A stretch of 64,000 nucleotides of DNA from the IMG/VR virus record IMGVR_UViG_3300021197_001752, positions 32,001-96,000 of that record; one strand, given 5' to 3'. Numbering within the stretch: position 1 is the first letter of the stretch; the number at the start of each line of letters is the position of its first letter. The DNA comes from a virus. The notes below the pieces were generated by a model. That model did no database searches and had not been told where the DNA came from. It saw only the letters and a list, made by a program, of their open reading frames with translations. The translations under genes were made by a program, and so were the position numbers. Positions 29,415 through 39,724 of the stretch are shown in pieces.

Positions 29415-31054
29415 TTTAGACTCCTAACTGTTTCCCAGCCGCCGCCGACTGCATTGCTGACACAGCGATCTCTTTCGCTGAAGAACTGTTGATGGGAGAC
29501 AGCACTATCAGTTGAAGTTGCCTTGTCATCAATTCCCAACTCATTACCTAAAATTGATCCATGTAGTTGTGGTTTACCTGGAGGATGCGGAGGAACATAA
29601 GTTTGAATACCGCCATACTTTTGGGCTAGATACGAAAATTGTATATCCTCTCCGTTATCCCAGGTATAAGGTTTTTCACGCCATAAATACTGCAACCAAT
29701 CACGTTGGAAAAACCATGCATGACCTACAAGATCTACTCTCTCCAGGTCCTCATTCTGACTTGGCCACCCAACCCTGGAATGGTCAACATAAGAATTGGC
29801 GTTGTTTAGAATCACTCCCGCACTGCCCATAATAGCCTGTCTGTGCCTGCTTGATGCAAGACAGTTTGTAAACCATTCTGAGCCTGGTATTGTATCATCG
29901 TCAAAGATAGCAATATATTTAGTGTCTGCTAATAAGGCAGCGGCAAACCGACCGTAGAACTTCCAGTTATGATTATTATGGAATATCTTATCAACATTCA
30001 ATTTAGTATGATCAAAATTTCTATTATCTTCATGATCGTTAATCCATAACCATATTTCTTTTGGTGGGATACTTTGATTCCTGATAGCTTCTATTTGCTT
30101 CTCTAGGTTATAAGGTCTACGATAAGAATTGAGAATCACAGTAATATCCGAACCGATTTCAGTATTTGTTTTTTTCATGATCTCATCGGTTGCAAACGTT
30201 TTTTCTATTATATTTAACGTGTTGTCTAGTGATCCTTTGATTTTCTTTATTATACTATCTCTTGTACCGTTAACAAACCAATCTTCACTTGCAACTCCCA
30301 ATAACTTTGGATTTGTTATTATTTCACACCCAGCTAGTTTAGCTTCTACTACTGTTCGACAAAAGGTTTCTAATACAGCAGGAAAGAATACAAATTTTTC
30401 ATATTGTGATAGAACCTTAAGAAGTTCCACGGGATTAGGAGCGTCAACCAAATCATACTCAATATTATTTTTTCTACAATATGATTCTGCTACAGCTTGA
30501 TTTTTAGTTGGGTTACTAGATCTCAATATCGCCGCTGGTTTTGTCTTTATAATCTCTAGGTTTTCTGCCGCCTTAATAAAGTCTTCACTCCAGATAGAGC
30601 ACTCAAGATTATGTGGCGTAGAGTCTTTTATATTTCTTGCTAGTACATCACGGTGAATTTTGCTTTGGCATAAAACGGTTGCACAGAGATATAAACCTTC
30701 ACCATTTAAGTATGAATCGTCTGGGACTGTAAAATTTTCATACTTAGACGGATCTCTTCCTGAAATATACTTGTGATCGTGCTCATAAATGATATACTTA
30801 TAATCAGGGTTAGCAGTGGTCAAATCACGTAACATTAATTTACAAGAGGTAGACATGAGCAAATGATTACCAATTATAACACGTTGGTCATCCAATACAG
30901 CATGTTGAAAGTCTTCATCTGTTAGGTTTTCAGATTTCATCTTCCTAACAAAATGTCCTCTATCCTTCAATCCCTGACATACTAGATCATTAACTAGTTC
31001 ACCGCCACCAGGGACCTCATCAGCAAAGACATCTGCTATAAAAATAAACTTCAT
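29411..31054 (-). CDS. Two-domain glycosyltransferase (GT-B-like plus GT2-like)
   Basis: GGGEL...ETFCRTVVEAKLAGC, then ITVILNSYRR...IFDDD...GEDIQFS; start overlaps the upstream stop (TAATG). Confidence 0.85.
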   Translation of the reverse strand: MKFIFIADVFADEVPGGGELVNDLVCQGLKDRGHFVRKMKSENLTDEDFQHAVLDDQRVIIGNHLLMSTSCKLMLRDLTTANPDYKYIIYEHDHKYISGRDPSKYENFTVPDDSYLNGEGLYLCATVLCQSKIHRDVLARNIKDSTPHNLECSIWSEDFIKAAENLEIIKTKPAAILRSSNPTKNQAVAESYCRKNNIEYDLVDAPNPVELLKVLSQYEKFVFFPAVLETFCRTVVEAKLAGCEIITNPKLLGVASEDWFVNGTRDSIIKKIKGSLDNTLNIIEKTFATDEIMKKTNTEIGSDITVILNSYRRPYNLEKQIEAIRNQSIPPKEIWLWINDHEDNRNFDHTKLNVDKIFHNNHNWKFYGRFAAALLADTKYIAIFDDDTIPGSEWFTNCLASSRHRQAIMGSAGVILNNANSYVDHSRVGWPSQNEDLERVDLVGHAWFFQRDWLQYLWREKPYTWDNGEDIQFSYLAQKYGGIQTYVPPHPPGKPQLHGSILGNELGIDDKATSTDSAVSHQQFFSERDRCVSNAVGGGWETVRSLK

Positions 31055-32307
31055 TATAGCGTGCCAACTTGATTTATATCTGACTGCCATTCTTTACTAG
31101 TGTCAGGGCTGACCTTTAGAACTGCATCAACTACCTGCTTTTGGATAATATCTTCTGAGTGTGTCTCAAATAAGCTATCCTTTAGAGCCATTGCTGTGTT
31201 CTTCTTGGCTTTATGATTTTCATAAAGCTTTCTCATAGTAGACTTTGATTTGTGTTCTTTTGGATAACACCACTGACTATCCTTTTCAAGGACGTTTTCC
31301 CAAACAGCTTCTTCTTGGATAGGTGCTATATCATAGCCAATCTTTTCAAACATGGTTTGTCGGCTAACTTTACCATTACTCTTATTTTTATTGATACACA
31401 AAAAGTCCATATGACCTGACCAACCTGGCGCAGCGATTGGCATACCACTATATGCCGCCTCAAATAACGGAAGACCATACCCTTCACCATGTGTTGTAGT
31501 AACATATGCTTTGATCTTAGGGTGTAAGTAGATCCCGTGTATCTCTTCCTCGGTCATGTTACCATGCAATAAATGCACGCCGCATTTCTTATCTGGGAAT
31601 GGTTGCAAGATCTGCTTAATCATATCTGTACACACCATCCTGTCAGATAAACAGTTTTTGGCTTTATTTGTTTTTACCACTAAACCAATTTCTTCATCAT
31701 GGAATTCTTCAACAAACCATTTGATCAAGGCAGACAAATTCTTCCTCGGACCCCATTGAGAAATAGTGAGAAAGTTGAAGTCATGAGGCAGGTCGATTTT
31801 ATCTGATAAATCTTCTGGTTCTGTATACTTCACAGGGTAATTAATAATCTTTGTATCAGTGTTATATTTGAGGGGTACAACTTGACCGTTAGGTAAATTT
31901 ACCTGTACGTCGTTTCTCATAAAGCCATCGAGAGCATGTTTCGATGTTACTATCATTAAGTCCATCTCGTTTGCAAATTGAATCCAGCCAGGTGAAACTC
32001 GATCGGATTCAATACCTGCTGTGACACCAATATTCTTGGTTGCATACTTTTTAAACTCAGGTGGTATTGTAACTTGAATAGACAAATCGAATGGACCGTT
32101 GAACTGCTGCTTTTTCTTGGCTAAGAAGTCATAATATTTTCTTCTATGGTCGAAGTCAGTAATCCATGGAGTATTACCCCAGTTGATAGGCTCAAGATAT
32201 AAATCAAATAGTTCTGGCCTAGTAGACAATGCATCCACTATCATTCTAGCATGTTCGCCATAACCACTTCTCGTCAGTACTGGTGCTCTAACAAATACTT
32301 TTTTCAC
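31054..32307 (-). CDS. Glycosyltransferase family 4
   Basis: SGYGEHAR...RKNL...HGEGYGLPLFEAAYSGMPI. Confidence 0.9.
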   Translation of the reverse strand: MKKVFVRAPVLTRSGYGEHARMIVDALSTRPELFDLYLEPINWGNTPWITDFDHRRKYYDFLAKKKQQFNGPFDLSIQVTIPPEFKKYATKNIGVTAGIESDRVSPGWIQFANEMDLMIVTSKHALDGFMRNDVQVNLPNGQVVPLKYNTDTKIINYPVKYTEPEDLSDKIDLPHDFNFLTISQWGPRKNLSALIKWFVEEFHDEEIGLVVKTNKAKNCLSDRMVCTDMIKQILQPFPDKKCGVHLLHGNMTEEEIHGIYLHPKIKAYVTTTHGEGYGLPLFEAAYSGMPIAAPGWSGHMDFLCINKNKSNGKVSRQTMFEKIGYDIAPIQEEAVWENVLEKDSQWCYPKEHKSKSTMRKLYENHKAKKNTAMALKDSLFETHSEDIIQKQVVDAVLKVSPDTSKEWQSDINQVGTL

Positions 32308-33560
32308 AGGTCTATAACCTCCCAGGCTTTATATCCTTTTCTTGTGTCCCACGAACCATGCCTTTCATGTACATCCAACAAAAGGTCAACCCATCGTTTT
32401 TGGAACTTATCAAATCCATAATTATTTTTCACATGTGCTGCACCCTTTTTACCCATCTCATGGCGCTCTTCAGGGGTCATATTATACATTTTCTCAAGTG
32501 CATCTACAAAATCATCTTTACTTACTCTATCCTCATAGATCCAAGGAACTTGAGGTGATCCAATAACAGCTTTGGACGCTGGTTCAATACCGACGCCGAA
32601 CCACTCCTTACCATCTGTAACTTGCTCTTGTAAGCCGCCTGTCATGTTGACTATGATAGGTGTCTCACAGGACAAAGCCTCTAGTGTCCCCAAGCCGAAA
32701 CCCTCAGCATCAGATATATTGACTACAACATCTGACATATTATAAATGGTTGACAAATGCTCGGATGCAACCTTTTGTGTCGAAAACATAACCTGACCTT
32801 GATCAAGACCAAGGTGACCTGCTAGTACATCTAGTGGCTGACCATGTTGATCTCTTAGGTCTGTGTGCATTACTAGCACTGCTTTATCGTGCCCGATACG
32901 ATCACAGAAGTCTTTCCACCAAAACAATAGCGTCCCGCTCTGCTTTCTTCTAGCATTTCTATTAACCCAGCCCACTATAAACTTATCTTTAGCCTTTGGG
33001 TTGTTGCCTTTCACTGTCTGAATTTGTTCTTCTGTCAGTCTCTTAAAAATATTCTCATCTACAGCATGTGGGATATAATGCTCCTCAACATCTGGTGCTA
33101 CATTTTGGACGATATCACTGGTTACTTTTGAGATAGAAGCTATTACATCTGTAGATTCATACCACCTCTTATTGAAGGTTGGATATGGTTTATTATCCCA
33201 AACATGGTAATATACCATAGGTACCAATGGGCGGACCTCATCTTCCATTTCCCATAACCAGCCATAAAAGCGTGGATCTGTCATGAAATAAATCATATCG
33301 ATTTTTTCGTTATGTAGAATACTTCTAATATAATCAGGAGTACCATAACCATCTACTGGGATGATAACCCAATCATCGCCATATTTATCTGTTTTAGTAG
33401 GTTCATAATTATTATGCTTTACGGCACCGCCGAGGGATAATACTTGAAACTTGCCAGAGTCCAGTAATCCCTCAATGACATATTTCGTCTGTGTACCTAC
33501 TCCTGATGGTAAAAGCGGATGATCGCTTAAAGTCAGTATTTTAATTTTCTTATCTGCCAA
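32304..33560 (-). CDS. Glycosyltransferase family 4
   Basis: SGVGTQ...NRNARRK...AEGFGLGTLEALSCETPII. Confidence 0.9.
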   Translation of the reverse strand: MADKKIKILTLSDHPLLPSGVGTQTKYVIEGLLDSGKFQVLSLGGAVKHNNYEPTKTDKYGDDWVIIPVDGYGTPDYIRSILHNEKIDMIYFMTDPRFYGWLWEMEDEVRPLVPMVYYHVWDNKPYPTFNKRWYESTDVIASISKVTSDIVQNVAPDVEEHYIPHAVDENIFKRLTEEQIQTVKGNNPKAKDKFIVGWVNRNARRKQSGTLLFWWKDFCDRIGHDKAVLVMHTDLRDQHGQPLDVLAGHLGLDQGQVMFSTQKVASEHLSTIYNMSDVVVNISDAEGFGLGTLEALSCETPIIVNMTGGLQEQVTDGKEWFGVGIEPASKAVIGSPQVPWIYEDRVSKDDFVDALEKMYNMTPEERHEMGKKGAAHVKNNYGFDKFQKRWVDLLLDVHERHGSWDTRKGYKAWEVIDL

Positions 33561-33573
33561 GTTTTATTCCCTC

Positions 33574-34404
33574 CTATGGACAATACTCTGTATTGTGAAA
33601 CGTGCAGCTTCCAAACCTTTTTTGACAGTTTGTGCAATTCAGTTTATTTTTGATATAGTTCCCTTTGTCTATATTATAGATTGCTTTTTTCAAAGTGTTA
33701 AGGGCATTTTCTATTCTTTTAGGCCCAGTGGTAACTCTAACAAATTCCACCTTTTTGCCAGCCTTAGCAGTTCTCTTGAGCAATACAAAGTATGTTTCCA
33801 CATCTTTCATATCTACCTCATATTTCTGTGAATAAAAATACTTGTAAAATGCTAGCTGGTATGCAAGTGTGGAGTCTGATTTCTTCTTACTGTTCCAACC
33901 CCATGAAGTTGTCTTCCAGTCAATCAGATATATTTTTTCATCGTGCTTGTTATATACTACCAGATCAATAAAGCCTTTAAACTTCTTCTTGGTATCAAAA
34001 TAGTTTACATCTTCGTATAGTTTCTCTTCGGCTGCCAGGACTTCCCAACCTACACCATAGTCTCCAAACCTTTCAGTCAGGGCAGAGTATACTTCTTTTA
34101 CAATCTCTGTGCCCTGTTCTAACCAGGCTTTGATATCAAAATCCGTTAGGATGCGTCTCTTTTCTACTTCTGGTAAACTTTTTATCTCTTTCTTGAGGAT
34201 TGATTGAAAGTTTGCAATCATCTCATCGATGTTACCTACCTTCTTCTTTGTAATATCCACTTCGATTGTTTCATGAAGTGCTTTACCAAAGGCTGTATAT
34301 ATGTTGCCCTCAAAGCCCTTAAGCTTATCAATGTGTACTAACTTATGATAGTAAGGACAGATGGACCAGTCCTTCCACTCCGAATAAGAAATATGTTTTT
34401 TCAA
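33574..34404 (-). CDS. PD-(D/E)XK Cas4/RecB-like exonuclease
   Basis: ISYS...CP...G.ALH...GFIDLV...IDWKT...QL.FY and C-terminal Cys cluster (CTNC...C...CP). Confidence 0.85.
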   Translation of the reverse strand: MKKHISYSEWKDWSICPYYHKLVHIDKLKGFEGNIYTAFGKALHETIEVDITKKKVGNIDEMIANFQSILKKEIKSLPEVEKRRILTDFDIKAWLEQGTEIVKEVYSALTERFGDYGVGWEVLAAEEKLYEDVNYFDTKKKFKGFIDLVVYNKHDEKIYLIDWKTTSWGWNSKKKSDSTLAYQLAFYKYFYSQKYEVDMKDVETYFVLLKRTAKAGKKVEFVRVTTGPKRIENALNTLKKAIYNIDKGNYIKNKLNCTNCQKRFGSCTFHNTEYCP

Positions 34405-35097
34405 TTATCTGCTTTCTTTTCTTGCTTCTAGATCAAGTTCTTCTAGTCTCTTATATAACACAGGACAGTCACGATGTAAAGTTTTATGATTGCCAAGATA
34501 ATATTGTTCAAAGCCAACTGCGAAGTATTCACGTAGTGACATTGCTTGATATGGTCTGATAAACATACCAGCAGTCATCATTTTAATCTTTTCTTTACCA
34601 ATCCTTTTATATAGAAATGTGTCAAACTCTGGATCATAAGCCACATCCTTGAAATCAAATTGTGTGTAATCATACCCATCGGCGGCGACTTCAAAACGTA
34701 GCTCCATTCGCTTCAGGTGAAATTCATCTCTGATTGCGTTATCGCCATATATAAAATCGTCATACAGAAATTCAGCATGGTGACCTATCTCGTGGATCAA
34801 ATCATCTAGCATGTCGGCATTGCTATCTTGTCGCTGTGCACTAACATATAAGATGTGATCATCTGACGAATACTTTGCGCTAATGTTTCTTTCCTCGAAC
34901 TCTTCTAGATCCAATACCTTGATACCATTAAGCTTCTTAAAATATGCACTTGGCACGGAGCCTTTGAGGGTGATTAGTACTTTAGATAGATTTATATCCT
35001 CTGGCATGTCTGAGGTGATTTCAATACCTACTTGGTTAATAGACATGTTTTCTCTGATAACGTTAGACGTTTTACGAATGTAACTTTCTGCGCTCAT
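34405..35097 (-). CDS. Zincin-like metallopeptidase
   Basis: HEIGH motif with downstream REYFAVGF. Confidence 0.65.
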   Translation of the reverse strand: MSAESYIRKTSNVIRENMSINQVGIEITSDMPEDINLSKVLITLKGSVPSAYFKKLNGIKVLDLEEFEERNISAKYSSDDHILYVSAQRQDSNADMLDDLIHEIGHHAEFLYDDFIYGDNAIRDEFHLKRMELRFEVAADGYDYTQFDFKDVAYDPEFDTFLYKRIGKEKIKMMTAGMFIRPYQAMSLREYFAVGFEQYYLGNHKTLHRDCPVLYKRLEELDLEARKESR

Positions 35098-36398
35098 TAT
35101 AGTATTTCCGCTGCTATACCTGCTAGCCTGCTTCTTTCTCCTTTTTTCAAAGTAACGTGTCCTGCAATATTATAGTCCTTAAACTTCTCTACTGCGTGTG
35201 TCAGACCGTTGGATACTGAATCAACATAGGAATTATCTATTTGCTCTACATCTCCCGTCAACACCAATTTAGTACCATCTCCAACTCTTGTTATTATAGT
35301 CTTTAATTCATGAGATGTTAAATTTTGTGCTTCATCTACTATTATAAAGGCGTTGGCAATAGATCGACCACGGATGTATGTCATTGCTTCAATTTCTACT
35401 GTTCCTTGTTCCATCTGTTCTTCTAGAGCCATGCGATTACCAAATAAGTATTCTAGATTATCTTTCAGTGGGGCAATCCATGGCATCATCTTTTCTTCCA
35501 ACGTTCCTGGGAGAAAACCAATATCTCTTCCCATAGGCTGTACAGGCCTAGTAACGATCAATCGGTCATAACCACCATTAGCTGCTGTGCTGTTGAGAAC
35601 TTGTTCTAGCCCACACGCTGCTGCTATAAGAGTTTTACCTGTACCCGCTTTTCCCGTCAATGATATTATATCAATGTTTCTGTCAAAAAGCAAGTCCATT
35701 GCAAACTTTTGTTCAGTATTTCTTGGTGACATTCCCCAAATCCTTTTATAGGTATTGATTTTTTGTAAGGGGGTGTGCTCATCCATATATCTTGTTATCG
35801 CAGATTTACTTTCGTCGTCATGCGCTTTGAGAGTAACAAACTGATTGGGATATAATTTATATCCTTCTGGTGCCTCTACTTCACCCTGTTGATAAAACTT
35901 ATCAATAGTTTCTGGTGGTACTTCTATTGTCACCTTGCCGTTATATAATCTATCAACTGATTCCACCACTTGAGCAGGCTGGTAATCATATGCCGCTACT
36001 CCGAATGCATCACACTTAACACGCATGTTGACATCACGAGATACTACCGCTACCTCACGACCTTCCATCTTGAGCCTAAGAGCAGTACAAATTATTTTAT
36101 TATCTGAGTCATCAGGGTTCATACCAACTGGCATATACCTTGGGTCATATTGCGCAGCGAACACTTTACCTAAGTTCTCAGATATTTCCACTCCTACAAA
36201 TAAGCTGCCCTTAGCTCTGAGTGAATCTAAGATTCTGTTCATAGTTCTAGCATTTAGACCTGCATTATCTTGCCTATGCTTATGCTTATCTATTTCATCT
36301 AAGACTATGGTTGGGATTGCAATGTTGTGTTTGCCAAATGAATATAGGGCTTTCACATCGGTGAGATACACGTTGGTATCGATAACTATAGTTTTCAT
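35097..36398 (-). CDS. phoH: PIN-domain plus PhoH ATPase (PhoH2/YlaK type)
   Basis: VIDTNV...EIDK.K...DNKII...SRDVNMRVK (PIN); GKAGTGKT, IGFLPG...KM.PW, RGRS, DEAQN, GD..QID. Confidence 0.93.
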   Translation of the reverse strand: MKTIVIDTNVYLTDVKALYSFGKHNIAIPTIVLDEIDKHKHRQDNAGLNARTMNRILDSLRAKGSLFVGVEISENLGKVFAAQYDPRYMPVGMNPDDSDNKIICTALRLKMEGREVAVVSRDVNMRVKCDAFGVAAYDYQPAQVVESVDRLYNGKVTIEVPPETIDKFYQQGEVEAPEGYKLYPNQFVTLKAHDDESKSAITRYMDEHTPLQKINTYKRIWGMSPRNTEQKFAMDLLFDRNIDIISLTGKAGTGKTLIAAACGLEQVLNSTAANGGYDRLIVTRPVQPMGRDIGFLPGTLEEKMMPWIAPLKDNLEYLFGNRMALEEQMEQGTVEIEAMTYIRGRSIANAFIIVDEAQNLTSHELKTIITRVGDGTKLVLTGDVEQIDNSYVDSVSNGLTHAVEKFKDYNIAGHVTLKKGERSRLAGIAAEIL

Positions 36399-36413
36399 AT
36401 AAACCTCTTCTCG

Positions 36414-36424
36414 TTATAAGTAGT
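36414..36424 (-). promoter_or_regulatory. Putative phage late-promoter motif ACTACTTATAA
   Basis: Same or similar motif recurs upstream of several genes (41303, 43432, 47091, 50763, 52511). Confidence 0.45.
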
Positions 36425-36435
36425 AATACAAAGAC

Positions 36436-36456
36436 AAAAGCCGCCCGAAGGCGGCT
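36436..36456 (-). terminator. Rho-independent terminator directly after tmRNA
   Basis: AGCCGCC-UUCG-GGCGGCU-UUU hairpin on the minus strand. Confidence 0.85.
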
Positions 36457-36780
36457 GGTGGAGGTAGGGGGAATCGAACCCCCGTCTTGTCTAGTTCCAC
36501 AGAAAGGTCATTCACAAGGTTAGGTCTGTTTTTATCGTCAGACAGCCCACTTGACTAGATCATTTTATTATGGCTAAGATGATCAAAAGCACTTATAGGA
36601 CAAAAATACGGCTTTCTGTTTCTTGGCTGCCGTCGCCTCAAGTTAAGTCAGGTTATTAAGCTGCTAATGCTAGTTGAAAATCGTCGTTTGCGATTAAAAG
36701 TTTAAGCGTTTTTAGTGAGCCACGCTTCCCTCACCCTTGCACCTTTTCTACTTCCCCATCAGTCGATACCGTTTACCCCC
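36456..36780 (-). ncRNA. ssrA: tmRNA (one-piece), encoded tag ANDDFQLALAA
   Basis: 5' GGGGGUA pairs with UACCUCC-A-CCA and includes G3.U; canonical T-arm GGGGG-UUCGAUU-CCCCC; tag ORF GCA AAC GAC GAT TTT CAA CTA GCA TTA GCA GCT TAA TAA at 36691-36653. Confidence 0.96.
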
Positions 36781-36897
36781 ATCACATTAATAGTATATAC
36801 TTAAATTTAAGTTTTGTAAAGGCAATAAGCTTTTTTTATAAGTTTAAAGGCTAAGTAGGCTCATTATACCTGAGGCTGAAGAAGTGTTAAATTTATT

Positions 36898-37701
36898 TTA
36901 CGCTGGAGGTGGTTCTTCCTCTGGCTCTTCATCTTCTATCTCTTCGCCTTCGGAGTCATCGGCTGGGCTTGTTTCAGAATCTGCATCAGCTTTTTCTTTT
37001 TCGTATTCATCAGTTGTCTCTTCACCTGGGTCAACTGCTAGTGAATCTTCAAACTTGTCAAAATACAACATGAGGTTAGTCAGCAAGTACTCTCTGAAAA
37101 CTGATTTATCTTCAGCATCAGCTAGCATTTCATAGTGATCAACAATCTGCGTTTCAATTCTTTCAAAAGTTTTCTGTGCAAAGTTTCTTCCCGTAGCATC
37201 TTCGCCTGAGATTCCGAAATCATCCAGCACGTCTTCTTCAGCAGGCTCGATATCAATAAAGTCACCAGTAATCTGCTCACTTTCTTCATCGCTATCATCA
37301 CCATCAATTGACACTTGAACTTTTTCAAGAAGCTGTGTGAGGTCATATTCTATATTTTCATTTGCTGCTTCTTTGCTAGCATCAACAGGTACTAGGCTAT
37401 TTTTAGCGGCCGCTATAATATGGTTCCGAAAAGAGTTTCTTTGCTCAGTACTTGTTGTGAGCATCATATAAGAATCCTCTAAAATAGGAACAATCCTCTT
37501 CAGCAAATCAGCCAGTACATTGATACCAGTAGATCTAGTAGAGGTTTCATCTGTTTCTATTTCAGATAACAATTTCTGAACTATAGAACGGAATTTGTTC
37601 TCTTGCTCAGTTAGTCTATTTCTTTTTTCAATGAGTTTCTTACGAATATGCTTGCGTAATACTTGCTCACCAATTAATTTATTTCTGTCAACATAAGTCA
37701 T
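36898..37701 (-). CDS. Acidic hypothetical protein
   Basis: Likely start MTYVDRN, just after the upstream stop; Glu/Asp-rich tail. Confidence 0.65.
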   Translation of the reverse strand: MTYVDRNKLIGEQVLRKHIRKKLIEKRNRLTEQENKFRSIVQKLLSEIETDETSTRSTGINVLADLLKRIVPILEDSYMMLTTSTEQRNSFRNHIIAAAKNSLVPVDASKEAANENIEYDLTQLLEKVQVSIDGDDSDEESEQITGDFIDIEPAEEDVLDDFGISGEDATGRNFAQKTFERIETQIVDHYEMLADAEDKSVFREYLLTNLMLYFDKFEDSLAVDPGEETTDEYEKEKADADSETSPADDSEGEEIEDEEPEEEPPPA

Positions 37702-37708
37702 ACTATAA

Positions 37709-39724
37709 CTATCTCCGTTTTGATTTAGTTGTCTTTTTCTTCTTTTTTCTTTTAGAATCTTTACTGCTAGTATATATGCCCAAAGGAGCCCCATATCCAC
37801 CAACAGCATGTGCGCCTGCCATTTCATCGATAACATCATCGATCATTTGCAACTCGTTTACACCAGTAGCTATGGTCCAAGCTTGATCTGCCAGATCATC
37901 ATTCTTACGGATAAAATCTGGTAAGTGTTTTTTGAATTCTTTTTCATTATTAGCTAATACTAACTCCCGCATCTGAGTGCCTGATACGCCGCTTGCATAC
38001 ATCTTTGTCTTAACATATTCGACATTAACACCAGGATTTTTCCGCTCTGCAAATGAAGCTAATCTTTCAGCAGCCGACCCACTTTCTTTTTCACCTTGAC
38101 CAAGCACCAAGGAATCGCCAGGCTTGAATTGTTTTTTATCTTCAATCATATCGTATACATATCTGACTGGGGATGCGGGTGGAACAATTAGACTTATCTT
38201 TTTTACACTTTTATCAGGGTCATTCTTTATATATAATTCCCAGATTCTCTTAGATTGATTTACGGTGATTCCATCACGAGTACCAGGTGAAATAAGAACC
38301 CTAACCTCATCGATGTCTTCCATCTCGGCAAATGATCTAGCACCAAGGTAGTGACCAGCATGGGGAGGTTTGAAGGCTCCTGGGACGAATGCTACTCTTT
38401 TACCGTTAGGATCTGCCTCATTAACAGTTTCGATAGCTTCAGTTATAATACTATCAAATCTTCTAAGGATATTTTCTTTTGCAACATTTGTTTTGATCCT
38501 ACCGTACTTCAGTATCCCTAATACTTGGTTGATAGGAGCAAAGTTACCAGTAAACTTATAGAGCATACCATCCACTACAAATACCATGCCCTCAGCACTA
38601 GTAGTCACACGATCTAAACCACCAATTTTCCGAAGCTGGATTCTAACAGCGTCCATCTCTTCTGCCGAAATGGAACCATCGGTAGCCATAGCTTCAAGAT
38701 CAGTCACAGTTTTAGATAAGGTTGATCGTAATCTATCAACTTCTTTTCGGGGATCTAAGACAAAAACACTCTGAACAGTTTTTAATACTTCCACAGCAAA
38801 TTCATGGATAGCTAGTTCAATAGGCTGGATAGCGTTAGCCATCATTTGTTTGACAATGACTGGTTCGGACATTTGACTAACAGTCTCTTTTTGTTCTGGT
38901 GTCAACCCCTTCTTAATTTTAGTTAGATTAGGGAAGCCTTCCAGACGCAGAATACGAGCAACCATCCCAGCCCTTTTTTCTTCTGGCAATTCTTTAACCT
39001 GATCATCTAAGGTAAGGGTTAACCTTTTTTTAAGGTAGTCCTCAACTGTAGCATTACTTTGTAGGCCTATCGATGCAACAGCATTATTAATAGCGGTCTT
39101 GGTATCTGTGGCGGACTTATCGTCCGATAACGCTTTTAGCTTCAGAGTTGCCTTTCTAGCTATTTCAAATTCTTTGCCCTTTGCAGCATCTTGCATTTTC
39201 TTTAGGTTGTTATCTAATACCTGAAGAGAGCCATCACTATTAGCATCATAATTTTGTGGTGCTTTATTATCATCTAAGATCTTGTGACCATCTGAGTGGA
39301 TCTTTAAAATCTTTTTATCATAAAGGATTACATTGGGATTCTCTGGGGACATAACTTCTATGTTGTACCATTTGGTGGCGTCTTGCCCAAAGATTTTAAC
39401 TCTGTCCTCTGGGCTGATTGCTTTGACCGCAGCATCAAAGGTATTGAAGGCTTCATTGTACGTTTTTTCGATAGCACCACGACCTGCGAACTTGGCAGCT
39501 AAGCCAGCAGCATCCATTCCGCCCTGTTTGAGGTTTCCTTTATTTCTGGCAGCCAAAGAGGCTTGTCGTTCTTCAGACCAGGAAATAAATAAATTTTGAC
39601 CATCTACTTTTTCTTCTGCTTGGAGCTTACCACGGCTTGCAGAATCGATGATATCCATCATCTTATCAAAGGTCATGCTTCTGTCATCATAAAGATGATT
39701 TAAGTGTCCGCCTACACCACCCAT
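37709..39724 (-). CDS. Fusion of an RNA/DNA-ligase-like nucleotidyltransferase (KxDG; DUF6267-like) and an HxGH cytidylyltransferase-like domain
   Basis: EEKVDGQNL, AEGMVF and YKFTG correspond to ligase motifs I, IV and V; PGAFKPPHAGH...SGTQMR is the HxGH domain. Confidence 0.7.
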   Translation of the reverse strand: MGGVGGHLNHLYDDRSMTFDKMMDIIDSASRGKLQAEEKVDGQNLFISWSEERQASLAARNKGNLKQGGMDAAGLAAKFAGRGAIEKTYNEAFNTFDAAVKAISPEDRVKIFGQDATKWYNIEVMSPENPNVILYDKKILKIHSDGHKILDDNKAPQNYDANSDGSLQVLDNNLKKMQDAAKGKEFEIARKATLKLKALSDDKSATDTKTAINNAVASIGLQSNATVEDYLKKRLTLTLDDQVKELPEEKRAGMVARILRLEGFPNLTKIKKGLTPEQKETVSQMSEPVIVKQMMANAIQPIELAIHEFAVEVLKTVQSVFVLDPRKEVDRLRSTLSKTVTDLEAMATDGSISAEEMDAVRIQLRKIGGLDRVTTSAEGMVFVVDGMLYKFTGNFAPINQVLGILKYGRIKTNVAKENILRRFDSIITEAIETVNEADPNGKRVAFVPGAFKPPHAGHYLGARSFAEMEDIDEVRVLISPGTRDGITVNQSKRIWELYIKNDPDKSVKKISLIVPPASPVRYVYDMIEDKKQFKPGDSLVLGQGEKESGSAAERLASFAERKNPGVNVEYVKTKMYASGVSGTQMRELVLANNEKEFKKHLPDFIRKNDDLADQAWTIATGVNELQMIDDVIDEMAGAHAVGGYGAPLGIYTSSKDSKRKKKKKTTKSKRR

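Noticed and set aside
15857-33560. Bacterial LPS/capsule locus (cellular origin of the window)
   Set aside because: No wzx/wzy, ABC exporter or housekeeping genes are present; the island is contiguous and co-directional with baseplate and other phage genes.
33574-34404. Cas4-like nuclease as evidence of a CRISPR-Cas system
   Set aside because: No repeat-spacer array or other cas genes were seen; stand-alone Cas4-like nucleases are common in phages.
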